From an uncultured Chloroflexia bacterium (GTDB lineage: Bacteria > Chloroflexota > Anaerolineae > JAAYZQ01): a stretch of 64,000 bases of DNA. The DNA lies in NCBI GenBank assembly GCA_963700285.1, contig CAVOXA010000001.1:1184001-1248000 (forward strand), written 5' to 3'. This document shows positions 19,852 through 29,198 of this stretch, piece after piece. A program made the translations under genes and the position numbers. A model generated the notes under the pieces. It was not told where the DNA came from. It made no database searches and worked only from the letters and a program-made list of their open reading frames with translations. Every line of letters starts with the position of its first letter. The stretch's first letter is position 1.

Positions 19852-21261
19852 TTGCGCGTTCTGTTGCTTGAACCCCCCAAGGTCCCCTGGGAGATGATGG
19901 GCGATGTCGTGGCTCCGCCACTGGGACTGGCCCAACTGGCCGGTTGTCTGGAAGAGGCCGGCATCCCAGTCGAGGTCCTGGATGCCAACGCGTTGGAGAT
20001 TGGTTGGGACAGGCTGGGGCTCTCCATCGCCGGGGCCAAGCCGGACCTGATCGGCATGACGGTCTATACCCCCTTTGTACCCGAAGTGAGCCGCGCCGCG
20101 CGCATTGCCCGCCAGGCGGCGCCCCAGGCTATTATCGCCCTGGGCGGCCCCCACGTCACCTTCACGGTCGAAGAGACGCTGCAGACTATGCCCGAGGTGG
20201 ACGTTGTGGCCCGGGGGGAGGGCGACCGGATCATCGTCGATCTGGCCCGTGCAGTGGAGGCCAGCGACGGGCTCGACCGGGTACCGGGCATCAGCTACCG
20301 CCGCGACAATCAAATCGTGGAAAACCCTGCTCCGCCACCCCCGGACCTCACCGGCCTGCCGCTGCCTGCCTTTCACTTGATGCCCATGGAGCGCTACCAC
20401 TTTCAGGTACTTGGCGGCCCATTTGCTTCCGTCGTCGCCAGTCGTGGCTGTCCGTTCCGGTGTACCTTCTGCTCCGAGTGGCCCTTCTGGGGCGGCGGCT
20501 GGCGTCCCTATGACCCCGAGCAGATCGTTGAGCAGCTAGATGTCCTGGTGAACCACTATGGGCGCACGAACATCTGGTTTGGCGACGATTGCTTTAACGT
20601 GGACGGCGATCACGTGGCCGCCATCTGCGAGGGGATTCTGAGCCGGGGCATCGACGTCAACTGGTACTATCAGGGGCGCGCTGACCTGCTGGTCAAGTAC
20701 AAGGACCTGCTGCCGCTGATGCGCCGGGCTGGTAACCGCATGGCCCAGATCGGCATCGAGGCCTCCAGCGACGAGCAGCGGGATGAACTGAACAAGCAGT
20801 TGGGCACCGAGACGGTGGCAGAAGCGGTACGCCTGCTGCGCCAGCATGGTATCGTCTGTCAGGGTATGTTCATCGTCGGCCTGCCCAGCGATACCCCACG
20901 TACGATCGAGCAAAAGGTGCGGCTGGCTACCCGTCTCGACGTCGACTTTCCCATCTTTGTCATATACACCCTCTTTCCCGGTTCCGCCGACTATCAGCGG
21001 GCTATCGCTGAGGGCCGGCTCAGGATCCCGGCGGACTATGGCCGCCATGATATGGCCCACGTGTTGGTCGCTCCTGACAAGATGGTTCCCCGCCAGGTGT
21101 ATGCCTATACCCGCTGGGCAGTGACGAGCATCTACTTGCACCCAGTACGGCTTGCCCGGGCCCTGTTCTCGCCCAACGACTGGCAGCGGCACAGTTCTGG
21201 ATCGATGCTCCTTTACCTTGGCAAGCAGTTTGTCCGCAACCTGTTGCCCAGGTTTGGGTGA
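19852..21261 (+). CDS. B12-binding-domain radical SAM protein
   Basis: PPLGLAQLAG, LGGPHVT, ARGEGD, SRGCPFRCTFC (CxxxCxxC) and FGDDCF motifs. Start placed at TTG 19852. Confidence 0.9.
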   Translation: MRVLLLEPPKVPWEMMGDVVAPPLGLAQLAGCLEEAGIPVEVLDANALEIGWDRLGLSIAGAKPDLIGMTVYTPFVPEVSRAARIARQAAPQAIIALGGPHVTFTVEETLQTMPEVDVVARGEGDRIIVDLARAVEASDGLDRVPGISYRRDNQIVENPAPPPPDLTGLPLPAFHLMPMERYHFQVLGGPFASVVASRGCPFRCTFCSEWPFWGGGWRPYDPEQIVEQLDVLVNHYGRTNIWFGDDCFNVDGDHVAAICEGILSRGIDVNWYYQGRADLLVKYKDLLPLMRRAGNRMAQIGIEASSDEQRDELNKQLGTETVAEAVRLLRQHGIVCQGMFIVGLPSDTPRTIEQKVRLATRLDVDFPIFVIYTLFPGSADYQRAIAEGRLRIPADYGRHDMAHVLVAPDKMVPRQVYAYTRWAVTSIYLHPVRLARALFSPNDWQRHSSGSMLLYLGKQFVRNLLPRFG

Positions 21262-21294
21262 CGCGTCCCAGGAGGGGGGCGCAAAAAGTTATCG

Positions 21295-22713
21295 TCACTC
21301 GAGGGGCAAGTGCACCGTAAACGTGCTACCCTCGCCAGAGACGCTGTGCACCGTCAGGTCACCGCCGTGAGCGCGTACCATCTCGCGGGCGATAGAGAGC
21401 CCCAGCCCGGCGCCCCCGCCCTCCCGGCGGCGGGCGCGATCCACGCGGTGAAAGCGGTCAAAGATGTGGGGTAGGTGCTCGTTGGAGATGCCCGACCCGC
21501 TGTCAGAGATGCTGATCCTGATCTCGCCGCCGCCTGCCGGGTCGTAATGGGCGTCTACTCGCACGCGACCCGGTGTGGTGGTGTACTTGATGGCATTGTC
21601 TAGCAGGTTTAGCATCGCCTGGGTAATGGAATCCGGATCCACGCTGGCTACCAGGTCTGGCGCGATCTGGACCGTCAGCTCCAGGCCCTTGTCCGCGGCC
21701 ATGGGCTGTGTCTGCTCGATCAGATCGGTGAGTAGGTTGCTCAGGTTCACCGTCTGCCGATGGAGAGAGACGCCTTCGGCGTCGGACCGGGCCAGGGCCA
21801 GGAGTCGGTCCACCAGACGGCTCATCTGGTTCACTTTGTCGTTTACCTCCACCAGGACCCTATGGTAGTAGTCGACGTTGCGGGGGTGCGCCAATGCCAG
21901 GCCCAAGTTTCCCTTCATGATGGTCAGGGGAGTGCGTAGCTCGTGAGAAGCATCGGCGGTGAAGCGGCGCTGGCGACTGAATGCCTGGTCGAGTCGGGCG
22001 ATCATGGCATCAAAGGTACGAGCCAGTCGCCCTAGCTCATCGTCAGGTAGGTCCAGGTTCAGTCGCTGGCTCAAGTCCCTGGCGCTGATGGACTTGGCAG
22101 CGTGTGTGATCTGGTCCACTGGACGCAGGGCACGGTCGGCCAGGAACAGCCCGCCGCCGCTGGCCAGGGCTAGCGTTGCCGGCAGGGTCAGGAGCAGAAC
22201 CCAACGGAACGCGGTCAGGATCTGCTGCGTATCGTCCATGGAGAGAGCCTCCTGGACCACGCCGACGATCTCCCCCTGGTAGATGGCCGGCGCGCTGTAC
22301 ACGCGAACCGGTTCGTGCCCCTCGCGGACGGCCTGGAAAACCTCTCGCCCGGCCAGCGCTTGGGCGATGGCCGCCGGTTCGACCGGCAAGTCGCCCAGGT
22401 CTTGCATGCCGGCATGAGCCACGATCTGCCCCGAGGGGTCTATGACGCGCCACAGGTGCTCCCCTCGTTTCGAATCGCTCCATGCCAGTGACTGCTCGGC
22501 CCCCGCGCTCAGATTTCCCAGGGCGTCTACCTGAAGGATACTGACAGCCAAGGTCGCACCGTTGATCAGGACATCATCAAGGTTGTCGTACAGCGTACGC
22601 AGCAGGGCTACGTACAGCGTCCCGCAGAACAGGCCCAGCATGACAGCCAGAAGAAGGACGTACCACAGTGTCAGGCGCACACGGATGGGGCGGACCAGGT
22701 TGCGCAGATTCAC
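21295..22713 (-). CDS. HAMP-domain sensor histidine kinase
   Basis: Two TMs, HAMP (ALRPV...DDELGRLA), FTADASHELRTPL H-box, NLLDNAIKY, DSGSGI and GAGLGLSI. Confidence 0.95.
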   Translation of the reverse strand: MNLRNLVRPIRVRLTLWYVLLLAVMLGLFCGTLYVALLRTLYDNLDDVLINGATLAVSILQVDALGNLSAGAEQSLAWSDSKRGEHLWRVIDPSGQIVAHAGMQDLGDLPVEPAAIAQALAGREVFQAVREGHEPVRVYSAPAIYQGEIVGVVQEALSMDDTQQILTAFRWVLLLTLPATLALASGGGLFLADRALRPVDQITHAAKSISARDLSQRLNLDLPDDELGRLARTFDAMIARLDQAFSRQRRFTADASHELRTPLTIMKGNLGLALAHPRNVDYYHRVLVEVNDKVNQMSRLVDRLLALARSDAEGVSLHRQTVNLSNLLTDLIEQTQPMAADKGLELTVQIAPDLVASVDPDSITQAMLNLLDNAIKYTTTPGRVRVDAHYDPAGGGEIRISISDSGSGISNEHLPHIFDRFHRVDRARRREGGGAGLGLSIAREMVRAHGGDLTVHSVSGEGSTFTVHLPLE

Positions 22714-23384
22714 GATGCGGCCTCGATCTTGTAGCCCGAGCCTCGCACCGTATGGATGAGATTGAAGTCAACGCCCCTGTCGATCTTGCGCCGCAGGTAG
22801 CCGATGTACACGTCCACGACGTTGGAGCTGGAAAAAAAGTCGTAATCCCAGACGTGCTCGGCGATCTGGGTCCGGCTGAGCACCTGGCGCGGGTGTCGCA
22901 TCAGGAATTCGAGCAGGGCATACTCACGGGCTGTTAGCTCGATGACTCGCCCATCCCGCGTGGCACGATGGGCGAGAGTGTCCAGTGTCAAGTCACTGAC
23001 TTGCAGGCATGCGGTCTTGGTCTCGCCTCGGCGGCGCAATAGCGCGCGGAGGCGGGCCAGCAGCTCCCGGAAGGCAAAGGGCTTGACCAGGTAGTCGTCG
23101 GCGCCGCTGTCCAGTCCGCGCACCCGGTCTTTGACGGCGTCCCGGGCGGTGAGCATCAGGATGGGTACTTTGCTGCCCTGTGCCCCAAGCTCTCGGCAGA
23201 CTTGGATGCCGTCCTTCTTGGGCAGCAGCACGTCGAGCACGATGAGATCATACTCTGCCACGGCTGCCCAATCCATGGCCTCTTGGCCATCATAGGCGAT
23301 GTCCACCGCGTAGCGCTCTTCCTCCAGGCCTCGCTTGATGATGGCGGCGATCCGCCGTTTGTCTTCTACAACCAGAATTCGCAT
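22710..23384 (-). CDS. OmpR-family response regulator
   Basis: MRILVVED, DLIVLDVLLP, LTARD, GADDYLVKPF, NVVDVYIGYLRRK and HTVRGSGY; 4-bp overlap with the kinase. Confidence 0.95.
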   Translation of the reverse strand: MRILVVEDKRRIAAIIKRGLEEERYAVDIAYDGQEAMDWAAVAEYDLIVLDVLLPKKDGIQVCRELGAQGSKVPILMLTARDAVKDRVRGLDSGADDYLVKPFAFRELLARLRALLRRRGETKTACLQVSDLTLDTLAHRATRDGRVIELTAREYALLEFLMRHPRQVLSRTQIAEHVWDYDFFSSSNVVDVYIGYLRRKIDRGVDFNLIHTVRGSGYKIEAAS

Positions 23385-23424
23385 GGAGAATGCCTTTTGA
23401 TGCCGGTGTGCGGGAACCTTCTCC

Positions 23425-23965
23425 CTGTTTCCCCCAGACGATACGGTCACTGCTGGCTCCGACAAGCATTGCGCCATAGTCTGAGCTGTACCTCACCAGG
23501 CTACCAGCCACGACCCCCCGGAAGCGATAACTGCGCTGACCACCCAGACCGTTCACAAAGTATGGACAGCCATCTTTGAGAATGCGCTCATAACTGTGGT
23601 CATGCCCGGCGATCACGGCTGTCGCTCCCCATTCCTTGAAAGGCCATCGTAGTCCAGGCGAGGACCTATGCCTGCCCGATGAGAATGGCGGATGGTGCAT
23701 ATAGACTATTCTCCAGGGCGCGGTGGAAGCTGCCAGCTTGTCTCGCAGCCAAGTCGCCTGGACCGAAGTCTGTGTGACCCCATCGGGTTCGTGGGCAGCC
23801 CTGTCCAGGGCAAAAAAGTCTACCGGCCCCAGCCAAAGCCATAATAGCGTTCGTTCCCGGGCAGCGCAAAGTAGTCGAGATAGGGTTGTGCATTCGGGGC
23901 GCGCCAATCATGGTTGCCCAACGTGGGGAAAAAGCGATTAGGGAACGGATAAGAGTATGGTGAGA
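23425..23965 (-). pseudogene. Metallophosphoesterase (calcineurin-like) remnant
   Basis: PNRFFPTLGNHDW...YLDYFALPGNERYY in one frame; GPVDFFALD...HHPPFSSG...AGHDHSYER...NGLGG in another. N-terminus missing. Confidence 0.75.
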
Positions 23966-24045
23966 GTTCAATGAGAGTCTTCCTAGGCTCCGGAAAGAGG
24001 TCATACAGTGCAGAGCCTCGCCGTATGTGCTAATGTGAGTGAGAC

Positions 24046-24230
24046 GAGACCCACGAGCTGGATCCCTATCTGAGTGTTGACGAGCCCATGTACGCGGCCT
24101 ACGAGCCGGATTCGGGCTATGCCGATCCCTGCTCGGCGACGATGGGTTTTGCCGAAGCGGCACGCCGCCAGGGCGCTCAGATTGTCCAGGGCGTGGAGGT
24201 TACAAGCATTCTTACTGGTAGTGGTCGAGT
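24046..24230 (+). pseudogene. Internal fragment of an FAD-dependent (DAO/sarcosine oxidase-like) oxidoreductase
   Basis: Translates ELDPYLSVDEPMYAAYEPDSGYADPCSATMGFAEAARRQGAQIVQGVEVTSILTGSGRV. Confidence 0.65.
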
Positions 24231-24257
24231 GAGATTGCATGCCTACGGGTGATTCTT

Positions 24258-25559
24258 TACGGCTGTTGCAAAGTCTATTGACAGGATGAAAAAAGCCCCT
24301 ACCTTGGTATAATGGGGAGTGATGAGCAACCCAGGAACCAAGGAGGGGCAAGATGAAGTATATTCCGCTTTCGTTCGATGTCAATCTGAGGCCCGAAGGA
24401 GTCGTCATTGATTTGGACAGTTTGTTCGCCGCCTTGGCCGAGCTCCAGGATCGACGTGATGCGCGCGGGCTGCGCTTCACCTTGGTGACCGTATTGGTAT
24501 TCATCGTCCTGGCCAAGCTGAGTGGAGAAGACCATCTACGCGGGATTGCACAGTGGGTAGCACTCCGCAAAGAGGTTTTGGCCGAGGCCCTGGGGCTGTC
24601 CAAGGCGCAAGCACCACACGCCACGACGTACAGCCGTGTTCTGAACAAGGCAATAGACATCGATGCCTTTGAACAAGTAGTCCGTGATTTCTTTCAGGAG
24701 CAGCCGGGGACAGGGCAAAGCATTCTGATCAATCTGGATGGCAAGACGATGCGGGCCACGATCCCGGAGGGTAAAACTAGAGGTGTTCATCTACTAAGCG
24801 CATATTTGCCGGAAGAGGGCTGGGTCGCGTTTCAGGTCGAGGTGGGTAGCCACGAAAACGAGATTCCAGCCGCCATGCGAGCCATCAAACAGCTTGATTT
24901 GCGAGGAAAAGTAGTGACCGGCGACGCATTGTTGACGCAGCGGGAGCTATCGATGGCGATAGTGGAAGATGGTGGGGACTATGTCTGGAGGGTGAAGGAC
25001 AATCAGGGGCAGTTGAAACGAGACATCGAAACCTTGTTTGAGCCCGAAATGTGCACCGGTGGATTCAGTCCGTGTCACAAAGATTTCCAGACGGCAACCA
25101 CTCATGGAAAAGGACATGGCCGCCGGGAACGACGAACCCTGACCAGCAGTAGCATGCTGAAGGAGTATGTAAAATGGCCTGATTGTGAGCAGGTCTTCCG
25201 TCTAGAACGCCATTTTGTACGCACCTCGGATGACAAGGTCTTCCAGGAAGTCTCGTATGGCGTAAGCAGCCTGACAAGAGATGAGGCGAATGCGGACCGA
25301 CTGTTAGCGCTTAATCGTGGTCATTGGGGCATTGAAAACGGGCTTCATTTCCGTCGCGATGATACCCTAAAAGAGGATCGCTGCAGATTGAAGGGCCAAG
25401 GAGCACAAGCGATGGCCGCTATCAATAACCTGGTGTTGGGCTTGCTACGGGATGTCAGTTTTGAGACCCTGCCGGATGCGCGTCGCTACTACGCGGCCAA
25501 TCTGCCAGATGCGGTAGCCTTGGTTCTACGGTCTCCGGGATGACTTTGCAACAGCCGTA
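24258..25559 (+). mobile_element. Complete ISAs1-family insertion sequence (1302 bp)
   Basis: Perfect 18-bp IRs TACGGCTGTTGCAAAGTC / GACTTTGCAACAGCCGTA; 9-bp TSD GTGATTCTT at 24249-24257 and 25560-25568. Confidence 0.95.
24353..25543 (+). CDS. ISAs1-family transposase
   Basis: 396 aa; LQDRRDARG, LDGKTMR, NEIPA, VTGDALLTQ, VKDNQ, HGRRERR and RGHWGIENGLHFRRD..LKED motifs. Confidence 0.95.
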   Translation: MKYIPLSFDVNLRPEGVVIDLDSLFAALAELQDRRDARGLRFTLVTVLVFIVLAKLSGEDHLRGIAQWVALRKEVLAEALGLSKAQAPHATTYSRVLNKAIDIDAFEQVVRDFFQEQPGTGQSILINLDGKTMRATIPEGKTRGVHLLSAYLPEEGWVAFQVEVGSHENEIPAAMRAIKQLDLRGKVVTGDALLTQRELSMAIVEDGGDYVWRVKDNQGQLKRDIETLFEPEMCTGGFSPCHKDFQTATTHGKGHGRRERRTLTSSSMLKEYVKWPDCEQVFRLERHFVRTSDDKVFQEVSYGVSSLTRDEANADRLLALNRGHWGIENGLHFRRDDTLKEDRCRLKGQGAQAMAAINNLVLGLLRDVSFETLPDARRYYAANLPDAVALVLRSPG

Positions 25560-25577
25560 GTGATTCTTGACTTTCTC

Positions 25578-25606
25578 TTGACAACTCGCCCGCCATGTGA
25601 TATAAT
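25578..25606 (+). promoter_or_regulatory. Perfect consensus sigma-70 promoter upstream of the caspase gene
   Basis: TTGACA (25578-25583)-N17-TATAAT (25601-25606). Confidence 0.8.
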
Positions 25607-25789
25607 GTTCATGTAGTTACGCGGCCACATGTCTCGCGGCTTCTGCTGACGCCGACAGCGACACCCTGGATCCACAACCAACTGTACACCAGCCCGCCAG
25701 GCACTCTTTGCTGATGGGCTGGTATTGTCTTGGCAAGGGATAAAAGATGACAATGGCTGGACAGCGATTGATGATTCCTGGAGCCGCAC

Positions 25790-28057
25790 ATGAACGGAGG
25801 AGGCATGAGCCCACCAGGGCCGCATGACCTACGGCTGCTGCGTCCGCCCTCGTTGGCCGAGTCCTCCAGATCGCGCAATGGCAACCGCTACGCGCTGGTC
25901 ATCGGCATCAACGACTATGACGTCACGGGGTGGCAGCTAGCAAACGCCCTGAACGATGCCAAAGCCGTAGCCGCCAGACTGGAGGAGAGCTTTGGCTTTG
26001 TCGTAACACGGTTGCTCGACAAGCAGGCTACCCTCAAAACTGTCCGCTGCATCTTGGCCAAATGGAGGGACGAGGCAGGTCCAGGAGACGACCTCTTGTT
26101 TTTCTTTGCCGGGCATGGCGAGAACCGTCAGGAAGCGGGTCCCTCGCCTGAGGGATACCTGATACCTGTGGACGCGGACTGGGATCCCCGATCCTGGTTT
26201 GCGGAGGCGGAACTCATTCAGTGGGCCAAAGAGATGCCGTCCCAGCGCGTCTTTCTCGTGCTAGATGCTTGTTATGCTGGTACAGCCATGCGCCTGAGTG
26301 ATGCGATTCAAACGGGCACCCGCGATGACCAGGTGCTCAAGATCTTGGTGGCAGGCACCGAGGACCAGCCAGTGCTCGACGGCGGCGCCCGCGATCACTC
26401 TGTTTTCACGCGGGCCCTACTGGATGGGCTGGACGGGCTGGCGGACGTGGGTCAACGACCCGATGGCATTGTGTCGGCCAGTGAGCTGATCGTCTACGTC
26501 CGGTCAGAGGTCCCCTGGCGCAGTCGGATTCGGGGCACCGAACAGACACCGGTTGGCGGCGCGCTGCAGGGTACAAAGGCCGGGGATGACTTTGAGTTCA
26601 GGCCCATAGAACCACGCTTATCCGCTGCGGTGCTGCGCAACCTGTACAGCCAGGAGCCGGCCGATCGTCGGGCCGCCGCGGAACGATTGATGGGCCACCG
26701 CGGCACGGTCACAGCCGGGCTTGCCGCCGGGGAGCTGATTCACCTGGTCCGGGATGACAGGGCTCCCTACGGGCGGGACGTCATGTCCCAGAGGGAGCTG
26801 CAGGCCGTGCGGAATTCGGCGACCGAAGCCATTGGCGCTCTGGGTCACCCTCTGGGCTTTGCTGCCTTGACCACTCTACTGGCGTCTGAGGATCTTTCTG
26901 GGGACCCGGATGAGCTGCGGGCGACTGCAACGGCATCGTTGGGCCAGTTGGCCGAGACGGGCTTGGAAACCGGCGAGTATGACCTGGCTGCCCTGCGGCA
27001 AGATGCAATCGAGAGCCTGATCGAGTTGCTGCAAGATAGCAACAGGAGAGTACAGCTCGCGGCAATTGAGGGCGTCAGCCGCCTCCCGGACGCGGTTCCC
27101 CGGCTCAAGCGAGAGTTTGAGGCGGCGCGTGACCCGTCCGCAGAGGGCCGTACCGGTACCATCGAACGAAAATGGAAGCCCGTCGTCGAGGCGCTGGCTT
27201 CCTTGGCCGACCGCCATCCTGACGACGAGCGCGCCTGGCCGGCGCTGAGCGGAATCGACGCCCGGCTCCTTCGGCGAACCTACCTTGTCCATCTGCGACT
27301 CCACCCCCACCTGCGCGACATTGCCCGCCAGGCCATGACCATGGGCCTGCTCGGCGCCTTTGGACTGAGCATGGCCTACCTGGTCGCAGTCTCTGTGATC
27401 TTTGGCGAGAGTATCAGGGTCTTTGGCCCTGCCACCTTGACCGTCACCGCGCCGTTCGGCTTTCTGGCGGGTGCGTCCTATGTCTTGCTGCCGCGCCTGT
27501 ACTGCGGAGCAGCCTGGCGTTCCGGGAGGATGGCAGCGCTGCTTGGCGGGCTTGGAGCTGGACTCTTGCTTGCTCTCTGGATGTTCGTACCCAACTGGTT
27601 CCTGGGCATCGGTTGTGCGGGCAGTCAGTGCGAGCTCTATGTCTGGTTGCTCTGGCTTGTGCCCGGTTTGGTCGTTGGGCCCCTGATGGGTCTGGCCTTG
27701 GTCTCGCTGCACTGGCGATTTCCTGCTTCGGTGCGAGCGACATCTGGAGGACTCCAGGAAGCGGCCCGCATGGCACGGTGGAACGTGGATTCTTTTGCGC
27801 TCGTCACGCTGATTGGGGGACTCGGGATGGCAGCAGTACGGAGCATTCCCCAACTCACATTCGCCATTCTGGAGCCTCTCTGGCCCGAGGCGCTTCTTTG
27901 GGGCGTTGGCGGCGCGATTTTGGGGGCAATGCTTGCTGTGGGTTGGTATGTCACTTTGCCTGCCAGCAATCAGCCAGCCGTTGCGCTGCGCAATCTCTGT
28001 CAGGTGCTCTTGTACCGGCCAGTGATTGCGGCAGAGAAAGGAGGCGAGGACCGATGA
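25790..28057 (+). CDS. Caspase-family (peptidase C14) protein with HEAT-like repeats and a multi-TM C-terminus
   Basis: YALVIGINDY, FFFAGHG and LVLDACYAG (His-Cys dyad), HSVFTRALL; helical repeats (RRAAAERL, VRNSATEAIGALG, LRATATASLG, VQLAAIEGV); about 6 hydrophobic helices. Confidence 0.88.
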   Translation: MNGGGMSPPGPHDLRLLRPPSLAESSRSRNGNRYALVIGINDYDVTGWQLANALNDAKAVAARLEESFGFVVTRLLDKQATLKTVRCILAKWRDEAGPGDDLLFFFAGHGENRQEAGPSPEGYLIPVDADWDPRSWFAEAELIQWAKEMPSQRVFLVLDACYAGTAMRLSDAIQTGTRDDQVLKILVAGTEDQPVLDGGARDHSVFTRALLDGLDGLADVGQRPDGIVSASELIVYVRSEVPWRSRIRGTEQTPVGGALQGTKAGDDFEFRPIEPRLSAAVLRNLYSQEPADRRAAAERLMGHRGTVTAGLAAGELIHLVRDDRAPYGRDVMSQRELQAVRNSATEAIGALGHPLGFAALTTLLASEDLSGDPDELRATATASLGQLAETGLETGEYDLAALRQDAIESLIELLQDSNRRVQLAAIEGVSRLPDAVPRLKREFEAARDPSAEGRTGTIERKWKPVVEALASLADRHPDDERAWPALSGIDARLLRRTYLVHLRLHPHLRDIARQAMTMGLLGAFGLSMAYLVAVSVIFGESIRVFGPATLTVTAPFGFLAGASYVLLPRLYCGAAWRSGRMAALLGGLGAGLLLALWMFVPNWFLGIGCAGSQCELYVWLLWLVPGLVVGPLMGLALVSLHWRFPASVRATSGGLQEAARMARWNVDSFALVTLIGGLGMAAVRSIPQLTFAILEPLWPEALLWGVGGAILGAMLAVGWYVTLPASNQPAVALRNLCQVLLYRPVIAAEKGGEDR

Positions 28058-29136
28058 ACAGGGTGCTTCTCGTGGTCCTGTTCGCCATCGTGGGTTTGGC
28101 CCTATGCTTGGGAGTTGTTTTGCTGGTTATTCCAGACGACAACGGTGGAGGTGGCGGCCAGTCTGGCAGTGGCGATCGGTCTGGTACCGGAGGCGGCCAG
28201 TCCGTGAAACGGACGGCCGATCTCGAGGCTGTCATCACCGCTGTGGAGCGTTGGAACGCCAGTGCGTCTCAAAGAGAATCCCTGGCCCAGGGCGCTCACC
28301 AGAAGCTGTACGAAGGCGATGGCGCTACGGTCGACGGGCTTGGCTATGCCAAGCTCAACATGGGCGGCTGTCTCTTGGCCATCTTTCGCGATTCCAAGCT
28401 CGATGTTCAGGGGGTTCCCTCCGAGAGTGCGCCAGCTTGCGTCGTCAAGTTCCAGCATGGGACCATCTACAATCAGGTCAAGACGCAGACAATTGTGCAA
28501 ACCGAGTGGGCCGTCATCAGGACGCTGGGCACTGACTTTTTGGTTCACCTTGATCTCGACCGTGGCCTCCTTTGGGTGATCGTAAAGAATGGACTCGTAG
28601 AGGTTGAGGCAGCCGGTCAGCGCGTGGAGGTTGACGCTGGCCGCCAAACCTGGGTCCACCGGAACAAGCCACCCGAGCCGCCGCGACCTGCAACCCGATG
28701 GGACGTTGGCGATCTCTTTCCATCCTTGGATGATCTGACCAATGGGCAGTTGCCCGATGACCGCCTACTCGAGCCAGGCGGGGAACCATCAGCCAGAGAG
28801 GAATTGAGCCTTTCCCTGGAGCAGAGCACGGATGAGGTCTTTGCCGGTGAGTGCGGTGAACCCCAGACTGTGCAGGTTGTTGCCAGGCTTTCGGGTCCAC
28901 CCGAGGCCATTGCGGACGTTGCCATCGCTACCTTGAGGTACCGGTGGGAGGGGATTGAGGAGCAGTTGCTAGAGATGGAACGGGTGGATGATGTGACTTT
29001 CATGGTCGAGATCGACCCGTCAGACTATTGCTGCCAACAGACCCCCCTTGTCTATGAAGTGGAGGTATTGGATCGTTTTGAGGAAATCGTTGCCAGTGGA
29101 GCCCGGGAGCTGCTGCTGACCTTCTGCCTTGGCTAG
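28054..29136 (+). CDS. FecR-domain single-pass membrane protein with a C-terminal beta-rich domain
   Basis: N-terminal TM, Gly/Ser linker, LYEGD...VQTEWAVIRTLGTDFLV...VKNGLVEV...VDAGR (FecR pattern); GGAGG RBS; ATGA overlap with the caspase stop. Confidence 0.78.
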   Translation: MNRVLLVVLFAIVGLALCLGVVLLVIPDDNGGGGGQSGSGDRSGTGGGQSVKRTADLEAVITAVERWNASASQRESLAQGAHQKLYEGDGATVDGLGYAKLNMGGCLLAIFRDSKLDVQGVPSESAPACVVKFQHGTIYNQVKTQTIVQTEWAVIRTLGTDFLVHLDLDRGLLWVIVKNGLVEVEAAGQRVEVDAGRQTWVHRNKPPEPPRPATRWDVGDLFPSLDDLTNGQLPDDRLLEPGGEPSAREELSLSLEQSTDEVFAGECGEPQTVQVVARLSGPPEAIADVAIATLRYRWEGIEEQLLEMERVDDVTFMVEIDPSDYCCQQTPLVYEVEVLDRFEEIVASGARELLLTFCLG

Positions 29137-29198
29137 TCTGTGCCGCAAAGAGAGCCGAATGATCCCACTCGGTCGGAATCCTTACCCGGAAAGGACGG

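Noticed and set aside
27613-28053. N-terminal extension of the 507-aa ORF
   Set aside because: It overlaps the caspase gene out of frame; the RBS and ATGA overlap indicate a start at 28054.
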